The position numbers and the translations under genes are program-made. The notes under the pieces are model-generated. The model was not told the DNA's origin and made no database searches. It worked only from the letters and a program-made list of their open reading frames with translations. Source: the human T2T-CHM13v2.0 reference genome, Homo sapiens. From it: DNA of 64,000 bases. The first letter of the stretch is position 1, and each line of letters begins with the position of its first letter. This document shows, piece after piece, positions 32,040-47,634 of this stretch. The stretch lies in NCBI RefSeq assembly GCF_009914755.1, contig NC_060926.1; one strand, 5' to 3'.

Positions 32040-33350
32040 TGTACAATTGTTTAACAAATAATTACAAAAGAAAATGAGTGCCATGAGAGAGTGCCCTAAG
32101 GGGTCAGCGGATGGGTAGAGAAGTTCAGGCTGGGGCTAGGGCCAGTGGAGGTTTGGGTATCAGAGAATGCCTAATCAATTTAGATGCTAAGAGATAACTA
32201 GGCTTTGAATGTATGCAGAAGAATAAAGGACATTCCAGGTAGAGCTAACAGGGCAAAATGAGCAAAGGCAGAGAAGACAGGTAAGGGAGACAAAGAAGTG
32301 GATGGAATTGATTTGTTTGTAGTGTGCGAAGTAGAGAGTTGGAAGGTGAGAGTTGAAAAGTAAGCTGACTTCAAGTTGTGGAGAGTCTTAAGTACTTGGC
32401 AGACGAGTTTGGAATTGTTTTTTATTCCTTCTTTTTTTTCCCCTTTTGGACAATGAGGAGGGAATTGAGATTCTTGAAGAGAGGATTGATGTGAAATACG
32501 GGTTATAAGGGAGTGGCAACGTCACACTGGCAACATGAATGAAGGATGCATTGATGGAGGAGGGGGAGAGGGGACTAGAGACAGAGGAATAGTTAAGGAT
32601 ACAGTTGAATTCTGCCAGGTGACAGGAGTAAGGACCTGAACTGATAAAGTAACACGTGAGAAAGGGCAGGAGGCAGGGGATGACAGAGGAAGCAGAACCA
32701 TCGGGACTTGGCAACTGACTGGATCTTTGCAGGGCAAGGGAAGGGAATATTACCAAATGCTTTTTAAGTTTTGAGTAAGTTCTAGAAATGGGAAGAGTCA
32801 GCTTTCCATTTGAGTTGGGAAAGGTGAAAGCAGAGTGACAGTAGAAGATGTGGAAAGGAGAATTCAGTTAAAAAAATTTATTTTTAAAAATGCGAAGTGG
32901 GATAGCTGGGATCTCCTCAAAGAAAGCCAGATGAGGGGTCATCTGGGTAGGCGATGGTGAGATCAGGGAGTGGCGGAAAGTGAACAAAGTTCTGGGCTTA
33001 GATGTTTATAGAATGAGGTGAGAAGTCAGTGAAAGATGTGTAAAGTGCTTATCACTAGGGGCCCAGTAGGCATTGTCTAGGGAGGCCTCAGCTAAGGCTG
33101 GGTCTCACAAACATGTGGCATTGGTCCTGGCTGTATAACTCTCCAGCTGGCAGCCTTGTGAGTAGGAGTGAAGAAAATGCAGTGAATCTGCAGGGAGCGG
33201 TTGTGTTTTAGAGCTCTAGGATAGCAAGTGCTCGGGAGTCCTCCAGGAAGGACATGGTTGTCACAGAAACATTGGTTCCTGGGACTAGGCTTTCAGGGGA
33301 CAAGAGAAGACACAAGGGAGTTGGTGGCCAAGATGGAGTGGGAGAGCAGG
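32040..33350 (-). mobile_element. L2 remnant(s)
   Basis: Purine-rich antisense L2 motifs (ggacttggcaactgactggat). Confidence 0.6.
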
Positions 33351-33700
33351 TCTAGTGGGTGAGGGGTTGTGGGGTTACTAACAGCCTATTCTCATTCTGT
33401 TAATTTTTAAGGCTTGAATTAGTTTTCTAATGATAGGAGTCTTGTTGCTTTGGGACCACAGATGTGAATGTTATTATTATTATTTTTGCTTCTCTGCTTT
33501 ATCTGTGGCATTACTGCTCTTGTGGCATTCCCCCCCACCCCCGACTCCCTTGTTTTTGGTGAACATAATAGTCACCGTAAAAAAGATGTATAATTCTAGG
33601 GAAAAACTTAAGTAGGGCAAATGCTCAACAGGGAAAAGTTCATAATTTAGAATACAGGTGTGCCTAAGGTTATAAAATAGATAATAGTACTAAGACAATT

Positions 33701-33993
<293 letters not shown>

Positions 33994-35589
33994 ACAGTTA
34001 CATATTTTTTATAGAAAGAAAGTAAAAGTATCTTAGGAAAATTTAAATAAATTATTATTCTTAACATCTGTCATCCATCCATCTGTTTGTCTATCGGTGT
34101 GATGGATGCTCCCACCAGGTACTTTGCTAGTGGACACCAAGGATAGAATGATGAATAAGACAAATACGGCCCTTCCCTGGTGCATAGAGTGGGAAGGTGA
34201 ACATTAAGCAGTTCCACAGTAATTATTTAATTACAGTTGCAGTAGGTCCTGTGAAGGCAAAGTTGTGGGGTGCCGAGGGTGGGGAACCAGAGTAGGCTGT
34301 CTTGAGAGGCTTCTCTGAGGAAGTGGCATCCAACTGATCTAGGAGAAGGGGGATGGTAGTGGGGCGGTGTGGTGGTGGGGCAACTGGGCCGCTTTCTAGG
34401 CAGAGGCTTGAAGCAATGTGGGGTGGGGTGGGATGGTGACTTGGCTTTGGGGAAAATCCACAAGAAGGGCAGGAGTTTGTGCAGAGGTCTTCTGAGATGA
34501 AGCTGGATGCAAAAATAAATGGGCCACAGCATGCATGAGACAGAAATAAAAATAAAGCCGTCTCTTAGAAGCAATCCATTGAGAGTAGACTGGGAAGATG
34601 AGGGAACTTGGAGGCTTGACTGTGCCAACTAGTTAGCAATATCTGTATCAAGTCAGTATGCTTCTTTGGTCCTCAGTTACTACAAAAAGTTTAAATTTTA
34701 TTATTACAAAATTTGCAAACAGTTAACTTTTTATGATTTGAATTTTATGATTAGCAATGTTACAGTTTACCAAAATTATCTTCAGCAGTATTAAAACATC
34801 TATAAATATATATAACAATATACCTGACCATATATTATGTTGATTTTGGTATTGTTCGCCTATTAAGGCCAATGGGAAACTTTTCAGCTAGATTGGATAT
34901 TATTTCATAATTCCATAGAGTTGTATGTTTTGAACAGAAATATTTTTAGTGTCTTCTCTAAGTTTACTATTCAATTTCTTGTTTAAAAGATCATAAATTG
35001 ACCTAGTGTTTCAGGCATGTCAATACTGTTGCTATATAAATTTGTAGAAATTATAATGAATTTATATATTTGCTTTAAGTTTTTCTTCTAAGAATGTGTG
35101 TTTGATGAGAAAGTTTGGAAAATACGTAAAAGCATAAATTCTACATTCTAGATATAGCCAGTGCTGAGGTGCTTTCGGTCCTGATACCTGTTTGTGTGTA
35201 TGTTAACAAAAGTGGAAATATATTGTGTGTAAATATTTAACCTACTTCTCATTTATCATATCATGAGCAATTCCCATGTTATTGAATGTTTTTGAAAATA
35301 TTTTTAGTGGTTGTATAATAATCTACTATATGTACATAATGTACTTTACCATTTCCCAATTATTAGATTTGCATATTTTCATTACCCATTATTATAAATA
35401 GCAAATGGAAGTTCTCAAGTAAATTTGTTTTTCTTCATTAAATATTCACAGAAGTGGAATTGTTTGGTCAAAAGGTATGAAAAATTTAAAGGCTCTTAAT
35501 AAAAATTACAATTGCTTCCCAGAGAGGTTGTACTTATATATCTGTGCCCTTTAGTTTGAGTGTGTCTTTCCATTGCACCTGTACTTGGA

Positions 35590-35901
35590 TTTATTTTTTT
35601 ATTTTTATTTTTTTTTGAGACGGAGTCTCACTCTGTCACCCAGGCTGGAGTGCAGTGACGTGATCTTGGCTCACTGCAACCTCCATCTCCCGGATTCAGG
35701 TGATTCTCAATGCCTCAGCCTCCCGAGTAGCTGGGATTACAGGTGCGCACCACCACACCCGGCTCATTTTTTTGTATTTTTAGTAGAGACCAGGCTTCAC
35801 TATGTTGGCCAGACTGGTCTTGAACTCCTGACCTCAGGTGATCCGTCTGCCTCGGTCTCCCAAGGTGCTGGGATTACAGGCGTGGGCCACTGTGCCCGGC
35901 C
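35590..35901 (-). mobile_element. Alu (AluS)
   Basis: Full length. Confidence 0.95.
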
Positions 35902-35985
35902 TTGTACTTCCATTTATATATTGAAAACCAGAAGAGAGATGTTGTTTCATATGAATAATATTTTGTATAATTAAAAAAATTTCTT

Positions 35986-36264
35986 GGCTGGGCACAGTGG
36001 CTAACGTCTATAATCCCAGGACTTCGGGAGGCTGAGGAGGAAGGATCACTTGCACCCAGGAGTTTGAGACCAGCCTGGGCAGTATAGGGAGACTTGGTCT
36101 CTATAAAAATAATAAAAAATACTAACTGAGTTGGGTGCTGTGGTTCCGGCTGCTTGGGAGGATTATTTGAGCCTGGGAGTTCAAGGCTGCAGTGAAAACT
36201 GTGATCAAGCCACTGCACTCCAACATGTGACAGAGCAAGAGACCCTGTCTGAAAAAAAAAAAAA
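35986..36264 (+). mobile_element. AluJ
   Basis: Diverged Alu with J diagnostics (aggctgcagtga). Confidence 0.9.
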
Positions 36265-36415
36265 TTAGCAACCCGAGTATTTATTTTAGTTAAACCAGTC
36301 TTAATCTAGACCTGATTTAAATAAAAAGCAATAATTTTGCTTATTGGATATATCCTGCTGAAGGATTTGGAGAAAGAATAGAAATTTTATAGATTTACAG
36401 TTTTTAAATTACATT

Positions 36416-36534
36416 GGCTCACTACTGTAATCCCAGTACTCAGGAGGCAGAGATGGGAGGATTGCTTGAGGCCAGGAGTTTTGAGACAGCCTGGGCAACA
36501 TAGTGATAACCCGTCTCTACCAACAAAAAAAAAA
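36416..36534 (+). mobile_element. FLAM (Alu left monomer)
   Basis: Single monomer with A tail. Confidence 0.8.
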
Positions 36535-37879
36535 GATATAAAAGTAAAAATAGAATTGAAGAATTAAAAATCTTCATTTATGTGAAAATTTGAATGGAGA
36601 GGTGAAGTTAGGAATAATTGTAAAAATTTAGCTTTTGATTTACTTTTTTTTGCGTTGTGTATAACCTGCTAATGTTAAGGATAATATATACAAAGTGATC
36701 AGAACAGTGCCTGGCACGTATTAAATGCTCAGTAAATGTACCTATTGTTATTGTTACTTTAAAAATGTCTCCTTCCAGCTCTCTGAAGATTAGCTCATAT
36801 AATACAGTGTCTCTCAAAGTTTTTATCACTGATAAAACTTTATCACTGATCTTATCACTGATAAAATCAAGAAGATTGGGGACGGAAGGAATGGGATTTT
36901 TGTTTTTGAATAAAAACCTTTGGAGTGGTGGGTTGGAGGGAGGAATCTCATATCTATTCGTCATGATTCAGATCAGGATAATAATGAGTTGATCTGTGTA
37001 GTGCCAGTTGAAATCTTGATTTTTATTCAATGAAATAAAAAAATTCATTGGTTTGGCTTTTCACTGATTGATTTATATCCCATTCTGTATTCCTTTTGGT
37101 TCCTGGAAAAGAATAGGAATAATTTCTGTAAATTTGACCTTATTGGTATTAACTTTCATATGGCAATTTTAGAAAGAAGTGCCTATGGAAGATGACTTAT
37201 TGGTGAGGCTTCTTTCCTCTTTAATTGCATGACGTTATAGCGCAGAAATGATCACATCTATGAACCTAGATGGCCTTACTGATTGCTGCTTGACGGGTTG
37301 TTGAATGAGCTGATATTGACCAGAGTTTCTACCCCTCCTCCCCTCCCCTTTTGGGTTGTCCAGTTCAGTGTCATAAGCACAGACATAATTCCTTAGCTTA
37401 TTGCTGGGTTTTTTTTGATGATGTTTCTTTTTGTTTTTCCCTGTTTTAAAATTTTATTCATAAAATCAGCCAACATTTATTGAACATATACTAGGTAATA
37501 CTTTGTAGGTTTCTTGGGATTCATATTTCAAAGATGCATCATTAGAGTGTTTACCTCGTTGAAGTAGATAGAAAGTAAAACAGTAAACATACAATCCATA
37601 GTTAAAAGTGCTAATGTAGATGTATGTGCAAAGTGTTTTGGGTTCTTAGAGGACTGCAAGTAGATATTAGAAGACTTCATAAAAGAGGTGACATTTGAGC
37701 TAGAGTTTGGACTGTTTCACCAGTATAAAAGTATTGGGATTAATAAGCAGGGGAAGGAGCAATAGTGTGTGATTTGTAAATCATAGGAGCAGCTTTGATT
37801 CTGGTACCCATTCCCTACCCTCATGTGGGATAGCTTTTCTCAACAGATGTTTGAGCAAGAGCTAGTTATTGCTTTATGG

Positions 37880-38199
37880 TTTTTTTTGTTGTTGTTGTTT
37901 GTTTGTTTTTTTGTTTTTTTTTGAGACAGAATCTCAGTCCTAGGCTGAAGTGCCATGGCACAATCATGGCTCACTGCAGCCTCAACTTCCCCAGCTCAAG
38001 TGATCCTCCTACCTCAGCCTCCCAAGTAGCTGGGACTACAGGCGTGTGCCACCATGGCCAGCCAATTAAAAACATTTTTTTTTGTAGACACTAGATCTAT
38101 TTTGTCCAGGCTGGTCTTGAACGCCTGGACTCAGGCATTCCTCCTGCCTCAGTTACCCAAACTGTTGGGATTACAGGCATGAGCAACCATACCTGGTCC
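37880..38199 (-). mobile_element. AluJ
   Basis: Diverged antisense Alu. Confidence 0.9.
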
Positions 38200-40610
38200 T
38201 ACTTTATGACTTTAAAATATTTTCTTTATGCCTATTTAAATTATAGAATATAAAATAGTATTTATAAAAGTATACATTTATTCATACCCGCTATGTATCA
38301 CATACTCGGCTAGATTCTAGGAAAGCAGAGAAAAAAAAAAAGTCCTTGCTTCAAGAAGCTCACAGTCTGTTGTGGGGAGACAGAAAAGCAAAGTTAAAAT
38401 ACAGTTGTAATAAGTTACGTTAATGGTATGCCTGAAGTGTTTTGGAAGCTCATAGGAAGGACATCTAACCCAGCCTTGATGGAGGAGGGGAGATAAACGA
38501 TGGAGGTAAAAATAGATGGAGAGAGTTCATTGAAAATCTATATTCCTTTACTTCTGGATAGAGCATAGTTTTTCTGAGTTAGGAGGGGATTGGAGATGGG
38601 ACCCAGGGGACATACCAAGCATAAAGGCATGGGACAAGAACACACATGGGGAATGCTTGGGGAACTGAAAGGGTGTGTTACAGGATAAGTCAATTAACAG
38701 TAGAGATCAGGCAGGGGGAGGCCTGATAGATTGAGAAAGATGGTGGAGAGCTCAAGGGGATTGGAGTTCTGGATGAGGTCAAAGGATTGAAGTGAAAGAG
38801 TTGGTGGAATAGGACTGGTTATGGTTAAGAGTAGTTTTGGAGTTTTGTACTTGAGAGATGGTTTTGTACTTAGATTGTTTAGAGGGTGTTTTTTAAAAGT
38901 TAGTTTTGTGATTTTCCTTGTAATGAAGAGGTGGAGCAGATGATAGCCCAGATGGAAAGTTCCATGAGGGCAGGATCAGTTGAATACTCAGGGCCTGTTT
39001 ATGTAAATCTGAACTTTGGTATTGAGAATGAAAAGCATAGCACATTCGTAGATTTACTTTTTTGGTGAGAAACATCTATATTGGCATTTGTTGTTTTTAT
39101 TAGATACTAACCTCAGTGACGGCTACATATACACTTATACCTTTATAAATACCTAGTTCAGAAATGATTTTGTAGGCATGTAACAGTTTCTGTTCTTTGC
39201 ATTGATGTTTCTGGGGAGAATGGTGGACATAGTGTAAAACTGGCATATGTAATGCCTATATATTATATACTACATCATGTGTTAGATTACATGCTAGAAA
39301 TTTGGATGGAACACTACCCAGAATTGTGAGTCACTATTTGGGAATTGCCCTTGATGCATGGATAATTTACCCGTAGACAATTGGGAGCTGTGTATTTAAG
39401 TTAATAAAATTTCTTTGTATTACATGATGCCAGAGTACAGGCATGTTAATTATAGGTGATCACAGTTTTTGTTTCTTGTTATTAATTTCAAATAGCTTTA
39501 TGAAATAATTATATTTGCTGTCTTTCTTAGATAAGTCAAGAACATAATGTGTTTCTTTTGAGCTCCTTCAGGGAGAGTAAGTTTAATTTATTCTTCCACT
39601 AGAAAGAAAGATACTGTGCTTTATTCACTGCTGCACACCCAGTGCCCAGCGTATAGGAGACACTCACATTTGTTGAATGAATGAATCAGTCTCTGCATCC
39701 CTGCCACCTAGCACAGTAATGGACATGAGATACTGAGTAAGCATTTATTAAATTGAGTTGAAAGATTTGAATATATTACCAGAAAATTTTTGGAAGGCCA
39801 AAAATCTCATATCAGAATGACCAGTATATACTTATTAATGGAAGCTCAGGAATTCCTGAAGAATAGCTTTTCTGTTGGTAAATATGTACTAACTGGTTGA
39901 GTAATATATGCTAATGTAATTTAAAAAATTATGTGATTGTGAAGGCAGGAAAGCGATGGATTGTTTCAGGCCAGGCCCACTGCTTGCTGTACTTTAATGT
40001 CATTGCTGCTTATCGCCTTCTCTGCAGCCTTGTTGACACTCCTGACAACAAGTGTTTGTCTTTGGCTTCTAGGGCACTGTTTCCTGTTCCTTTACCTTTC
40101 TTGTTGGTTCTTCTGGCATCTGCCCTTAATCCTTTATCCTACAATTGAATATACTGTTTCTGAGGAATTCTGTGTTCTATGAATAGAGTCAATGATGACT
40201 GTGACCTCTGCATCTTCAGCTGTTTGGAGCCCCAGCCCTGTATTTCTAACAATATAGTGAATCTCTCTTCTGGTCTTTCCCACAAACTTAACATCCAGCC
40301 CTATATTTATGCGCTCATATTTGTGTCTGTTCTTCTTGTATTCCTCGTTACACGCCACCATTCTTTCATTCTGGAAATGTAGACTTTAATTTTCAGAGCC
40401 CTTACTCTATACATCCTACCTGACAGGTCCTACTAATTTTACCTCAGAGAAGCCTGTACAGTTGGTCCTGTTTCTTCTGTGTCTACTGCCTTAAATTCTG
40501 CACTTCATCACTTGGGCTGTGGTAATAACCACATACCTGGAATCCCTTTCGGTTTATTTTCTGTGTTGACCCAAGTAATCATTCTTAAAAAAAACAACAA
40601 CACACATTTA

Positions 40611-40920
40611 GGACTGGGAACAGTGACTCACACCTGTAATTTCGACACTTTGGGAGGCCAAGGCGGGTAGATCACCTGAGGTCAGGAGTTCAAGACTATC
40701 CTGGTCAACATGGGTGAAACCCTGTCTCTACAAAAAATACCAAAATTAGCCGGGCATGGTGGCGGGCGCTTGTAATCCCAGCTACGTGGGAGGCTGAGGC
40801 AGGAGAATTGCTGGAACCCAGGAGGTGGAGATTGCAGTGAGCCTAGATGGTGCCACTATACTCCAGCCTGGGGGACAGAGCGAGACTGTCTCAAAAAAAT
40901 AAAATAAAATAAAAAACAAA
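40611..40920 (+). mobile_element. Alu (AluS) inside an L2 remnant
   Basis: Full length. Confidence 0.93.
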
Positions 40921-42123
40921 TTTAGTTAAATGCTTTACTTGAAAACCGATCTCATGCTATCTACAACATTTTCATTGCTAACTCCCCCCATATATTTCCT
41001 GTGTTCCAGCGATCTCAGGCTACTTGTGATTACTCACTGTATGCTCACCCATGCCTCCCTGTTAGGCAGGAGTGAAGGAGGAATAAGAGCCTGGAGGGAT
41101 TTATTCAGCTTTGTCTGTGGGTAATTATACTCATCCTGCATCTTGAAAGATGAGTTTATTTTGACAGTCCTCTTAGCTGCTTCTGTCTCTCTCCAATTCC
41201 ATACCCCATTCCAAGTTTTGGACAGAAGAGTATGATTGGACCAGCACATTCATGTTTTTGATACAGGCTTCACTGGTCACAGGTCTGCTGGATACCTGTG
41301 GATGCACACATTTGCCGTAGTCTGCGGTGTTGGAGATGGGGACAGAACAGTATCACATATGTGAAACAGAGCCAGTGCTTCCCTTCCCAACAGTCGTAGG
41401 CCAGGCAATGTGGACTGTGGGTTGACATCACTGGAGACTGTTTCAGAATCAGAATAAAGACCAATAATAAACCTTTTTTTTTTTTTTCTATTTATGGAAT
41501 ATGGGAGCTGTGGAAGAGAGGTATTACTAGGCTGGTTGTTTGCTTCAGGGATCTGCTTCTCATCTTTCCAGGACTTAATTCAGCTACTACCTCTGTTAAA
41601 ATTTTTCTTTGATGCTGTGCAACTTACTGAATAAGATTTTACCTGCTGATCTGTGATGTCACTATTGCCATATACAAAAGTCCCATGACTATTTCTGGTT
41701 TTAAAATTCTGTATTAACAATTCGTGTTTTGATATGGAATAGGGCAAATATGCATTAAATATGCTGTTTCTCAAAGTTTTTTCTTCTAGATAAATGTTAG
41801 AATTAATATATCACATAAGCATACAAAACAAACACGTAAGAAAAATCCTAGTAGGATTTTCATTGGGATTGCATTTGGTTTATGGGTTAATTTTGGCAGA
41901 ATTACATTTATCCTTTCTACTCAGGAGCAAGTCTGTCTTTTCATATATTCAGGGTTTTTTTGTGTGTGTCTATCAGTAGCATTTTACATACACAGACACC
42001 CATATGTAAATATGAATGTTATATTACATGAAGTATTTTAAACTTGCGTTTGCTATTGTGACTATATTTCCGTTTCAATTTCTAACTGGTGATTAATAAT
42101 ATATAAAAAAACTGTCAATTTTT

Positions 42124-42514
<391 letters not shown>

Positions 42515-43109
42515 TCAGATTTTCTTGTCAGACAGGCACTTATCTGCACACAATAATGATTCTGTCTTTTTCAGTATTCATAACTGTCGTTTGTTTTTTC
42601 ATTGCATTGGCTAAAGTGCAGTGCTGTTCAGAAGACATGCCTTGAGAGCCGTAAATGTAAGCCATATATGTAGTTTTACATTTCTAGTAGGCAATTGATT
42701 TCATTACATTGTTTAATGTAATATATTCAAAATCTTATTTCAGTGTATATGTTCAATATAAAATTTATTAATTAACTATTTTATGTTCTTTTTTTACTAC
42801 TAGGTCTTTGGAATCCCATGTGTATTTTACACTTAGATCACATCTCAGTTTGGACTAGCCACGTTTCAGGTGTGCAGTGGCACTTGCGGTTACCGCATTG
42901 GACAGCATAGAGTTAGAGCCTTCTTGATATATAATAATTATGATCATAGTTGGCCTTGTTGTCCCTTACTTGGTTGGAATTTGCTTTTCAGTATGATGTT
43001 TAATGTTGATTTCTAATAAATATACTGTTTTGAAGTTTAAGCAATTTTGTTTCTGAATAAGATGTTCCTTTAAAACTTAGTAATTGATATTCACTCCCCG
43101 CCCCACCCC

Positions 43110-43380
<271 letters not shown>

Positions 43381-43972
43381 TCACTTTTCTTAAATACTTA
43401 AGAAAATGTATGGTGATGCTCACACCTTTCCCCTCCTACTTATGCCTGTTAAATATAGAGGATGGTAGTAATAAAGAATTCTCATGGTGAAGCATCTTTT
43501 CACTCAGAGTAAACAAACCATGCTTGGTTATGGTGTATCATTCTTTTAACTCAACTGGATTAGATGTGCTGACATTTTAGGATTTTTTCCCTCATATTCT
43601 TTAAAGAGATTGTCCTATGTGGTATGTCACGTTTTGGAATCAGCATTATATCAGCTCTTGTAAACTAGGTAACAAAACTTCAGATCATTCTGGCTTAACA
43701 AAATTGTTTTAAAACTTAAAGGAATATATGCACATGATTGAGGACTTTTTAAAGTAATTTCTTAGCAAAATGTATTTGTGGAATGTAAATTTTCTAAGTC
43801 CTTGAAAGTCTGAAAATTTCTTTATTCTACTTGCAATTGATTGGGAAATTAGCTGAGAGTAGAATTCTAGGTTAAAACTTTCCCTTAAAACTTTTAAGGC
43901 CTTGTTCATAGTTGCCTACCTTCCTGTGTTTCTGAGACATCTGATGCCATTATGATTCTTACTTCTTTATAA

Positions 43973-44281
43973 CAGCGATCTCCAAGCTTTTTGGCACTAG
44001 GGACCCAGTTTCGTGGAAGACAGTTTTTCCATGGACAGGGGTCGAGGAGGCAGTGGGGTGGGGGATAGTTTTGGGATGAAACTGCTCCACCTCAGATCAT
44101 CAGGCATTAGATTCTCATAAGGAGCGGACAATCTAGAACCCTTGCATGCCGAATTCCTGCTCCTGTGAGAATCTGATGCAGCTGCTGTTCTGACAGGAGG
44201 CAGAGCTCAGGCGGTAATACTTGCTCACCTGCTGTTGCCTACCTGCTGTCAGGTCTGTGGCCTGGGGGTTGAGAATTCCTG
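43973..44281 (+). mobile_element. MER1B-like hAT element
   Basis: ttttggcactagggacc...gtggaagacagtttttccatggac...cagatcatcaggcattagattctcataaggagc. Confidence 0.85.
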
Positions 44282-44338
44282 CCTTACAGGAAGGGTGACC
44301 ATATATCCTGATTTGTCTGGAATACCTCCAGATCACTG

Positions 44339-44643
44339 TTTTTTTTTTTTTTTTTGAAGACAGATTCTCGCTCTGTCGCCCAGGCTGGCTGGAGTGCAGT
44401 GGCATGATCTTGGCTTACTGCAAGCTCTGCCTCCTGGCTTCAAGTGATTCCGCTGCCTCAGCCTCCTGAGTAGCTGGGATTACAGGCAGATGCCACCATG
44501 CCTGGCTAATTTTTGGTATTTTTAGTAGCAATGGGGTTTCACTGTGTTAGCCAGGATGGGCTCGAATCTCCTGACCTTGTGATCTGCCTGCCTTGGCTTT
44601 CCAAAGTGCTGGGATTACAGGCATGAGCCACCACACCTGGCCC
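44339..44643 (-). mobile_element. Alu
   Basis: Full length. Confidence 0.95.
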
Positions 44644-44742
44644 AAATCACACTTTTTAATAGTACCTCCTTTTATTCTGATATGTATCCTTCTTTGTTGA
44701 TCAGTTATAGAATCACCTTATTTGTAGGTGGTTTGCTTTCTG

Positions 44743-45057
44743 TTTTTTTTTTTTTTCTTTTTTTCTTTTTTTGAGACAAAGTTTTGCTCTTGTTGCCCAG
44801 GCTGGAGTATAGTGGCAGGATCTTGGCTCACTGCAACCTCCCCCTCCCGGGTTCAAGCGATTCTACTGTGTCAGTCAGCCTCTCTAGTAGCTGGGATTAC
44901 AGGCATGCGCCACTATGCCTGGCTAATTTTGTATTTTTAGTAGAGATGGGTTTCTCCTTATTGGTCATGCTGGTCTCGAACTCCCGACCTCAGGTGATCT
45001 GCCTGCCTCGGCCTCCCAAAGTGCTGAGATTACAGGCGTGAGCCACCGTGCCCAGCC
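44743..45057 (-). mobile_element. Alu (AluSp-like)
   Basis: Full length. Confidence 0.95.
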
Positions 45058-45914
45058 AGCCTTTTGTTTTTTTAGGAAGATTTGAGGATATTCTTATACT
45101 CTGAGCTTTGAGAATTTACGTGGCTCTGTCTAGAAGTCAGTTATTTTTTCCCTCATTCATCTGCCCAGTCCTTTCAAACCGAAGACTAGTATTTATCAGC
45201 TCTGGGATATTATATTGCAGTGTGCTTTAGGAATTTCTGCTTGCAAAATGCTTCAGGAATTTTTGCCTCTTTGTTCTTTTTTTCTTTTTATTTCTGGAAC
45301 TCCTTGTAATGGAACTTGAATCTCTTGGATTAATTTAACACCTTATTTTTTAAAATGAGAATTAAATTTTCTATATTCTACCCCTTGCTTTTGCTCTTCT
45401 TTATCTGGAAAAGAGTCTCCACCTCATTTTCTGACACTTGTATTGACTCCTTAATTTCAGCTGCTATTAATTTCAAAGAACTTTTTCTTATTTTTATTCC
45501 TTCTGTTAATATATAGCATTGCATTCTTGTTTCATAGATGGCAATAGCCTCTCTTATGCCTTTGAGAATATTACATAGACATATTTTAAAATTTCCCACA
45601 TTTCCTACATTGTCTGTTTCCACTGAGGCACTTTTTGTCTGCTGTTTGTCTCTTTCTTTGATAGTGATGGTTTTTCACAAATATCTGGTGATTAAGAACT
45701 TTATCTTCTGTCTGGATTTTGAATTTTTAAATGGTTTTCCTGTTTCTAGTTTCTTTTTCCACAAATAAATTCTCAACATTTGGCACCAGGTTTAATATTA
45801 TGAAACAGATCCGAGTATGTCATCCCCCTGCTAATAAAAGTTAGAAGACTTTTAAGAGATCTGGATAATGTTTCAACCACTTAGGGCAGCAAACATTCAC
45901 AGTGGCAGTGAGGC

Positions 45915-46350
45915 ATTTGTCTTCTAGGGCCACTGCAACAAATCACCACAGACTGGGAGGCTTAGAACAACAGAAATTTATTCTATTAATGTTAATAGAG
46001 ACCAGAAGTTCAAATCAGTGTTACTGGGTTGAAATCAAAGTATCAGCAGAGCTTTGAAGGCTCCAGGGAAGAACCTGTTCCTTGCCTCTTTCAGTTCTAG
46101 TGGCTGCTGGCATTCCCTATTATCAGTCCAATCTTTCAGGCCAGCATCTTCAAATCTCTCTGCTCCATCTTCACGTCACCATCTCCTTCATGTGTGTCCA
46201 ATCTCCTTCTGCCTCTCTATTTATAAGGACATTTGTGAGGGCATTTAGGGACCACTGGGTAATCTAGGGTCTTTTTCCAAATAAGGTAACATTTGTAGAT
46301 CCTAGGGATTAGGGCCTGATAACCTTGAGGTCCTTTATTCAGCTTACTAC
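45915..46350 (-). mobile_element. MLT1 (B/C/D-like) MaLR LTR
   Basis: aacaaatcaccacagactgggaggcttagaacaacagaaatttattct ... cagcttactaca. Confidence 0.8.
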
Positions 46351-47329
46351 AACTACTTAGAGTCTTCTGAAATTTCTCTTTTCTTGTACAGTTCCCTTCG
46401 CGTTTACAAATAATTGTTATTACTGCCTGCAGTTATTGTCTGCTTGAACAAAAATACATGCATCAACTCAGTTTATAGTGATTTCCTTGACCTTGTCTTC
46501 TCCACCCTAGACAAAAGGCTGCAATTGCCTGTTTTCCTAATGCAGCTGATGCACTTCTCATAGTTTTTGCCATGTTAAAGTGATTTGTCAGGCTCTACCA
46601 CTGACTAGGAATTTTCTTTTTTTTCAGTACTATGGTGTCATTCTTAGAATGCAAAGTGTCGGGTCTGGAGCTGAGTAAGGCATTTAATAAATATTTGTTG
46701 AAGAGATTTTTAACATTTATTGAGGGCCAATTACATACCTAGTAGGACCTGTCACCTTGGGCCATTTAATAAAGTAGGGTAAAGTAAGCATGGCACATAA
46801 GTTTCCCCAGGGCATATTTGTCAAAAGGGATTGCTGGGTCATAGGAGTCTACATTTTCAGCTTTTGCTAGATGCTGCCAAATTGCTCTCTTAACTGGCTG
46901 TACTTCCGTAAGAGTGCCAAGATCTATCTTGTTTGCCATATCTTTGCCAACACTTGTGAATTTTTTTCATTAAAAAAATTTTAATGTAGGAAATGATACT
47001 GTTTTAATTTGTATTTCCTTGATAATTAATGAGGTTAACCATTTTTAATAGGTAATAAACAATGTGGAATTTTCTGTTAATATACATAGCCTGCTTTCTC
47101 CTGTTGCTCTTTTTTATTTATAGAAATTCTACAACTATGGATATGAATTATATATAGCACTGTTCTCTTTTACATGTGAGGAAACTGGCACAAGAAATTA
47201 TTAATAACAAGAAGATTTCTAAGTTATTTCCCCCCTGGATGAATAGATGCATGACCTTGTCTGGAGTCATAGCTAATAAGAAACAGCAGGGATTTTGAAC
47301 CCAGTAGTATCTGAGTTTAAGGTCTGTCC

Positions 47330-47620
<291 letters not shown>

Positions 47621-47634
47621 TTTAAAAAAAAAAG

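Noticed and set aside
37245-37315. Possible intronic C/D box snoRNA (ATGATCA...CTGA...CTGA)
   Set aside because: The C box is imperfect and there is no terminal stem.
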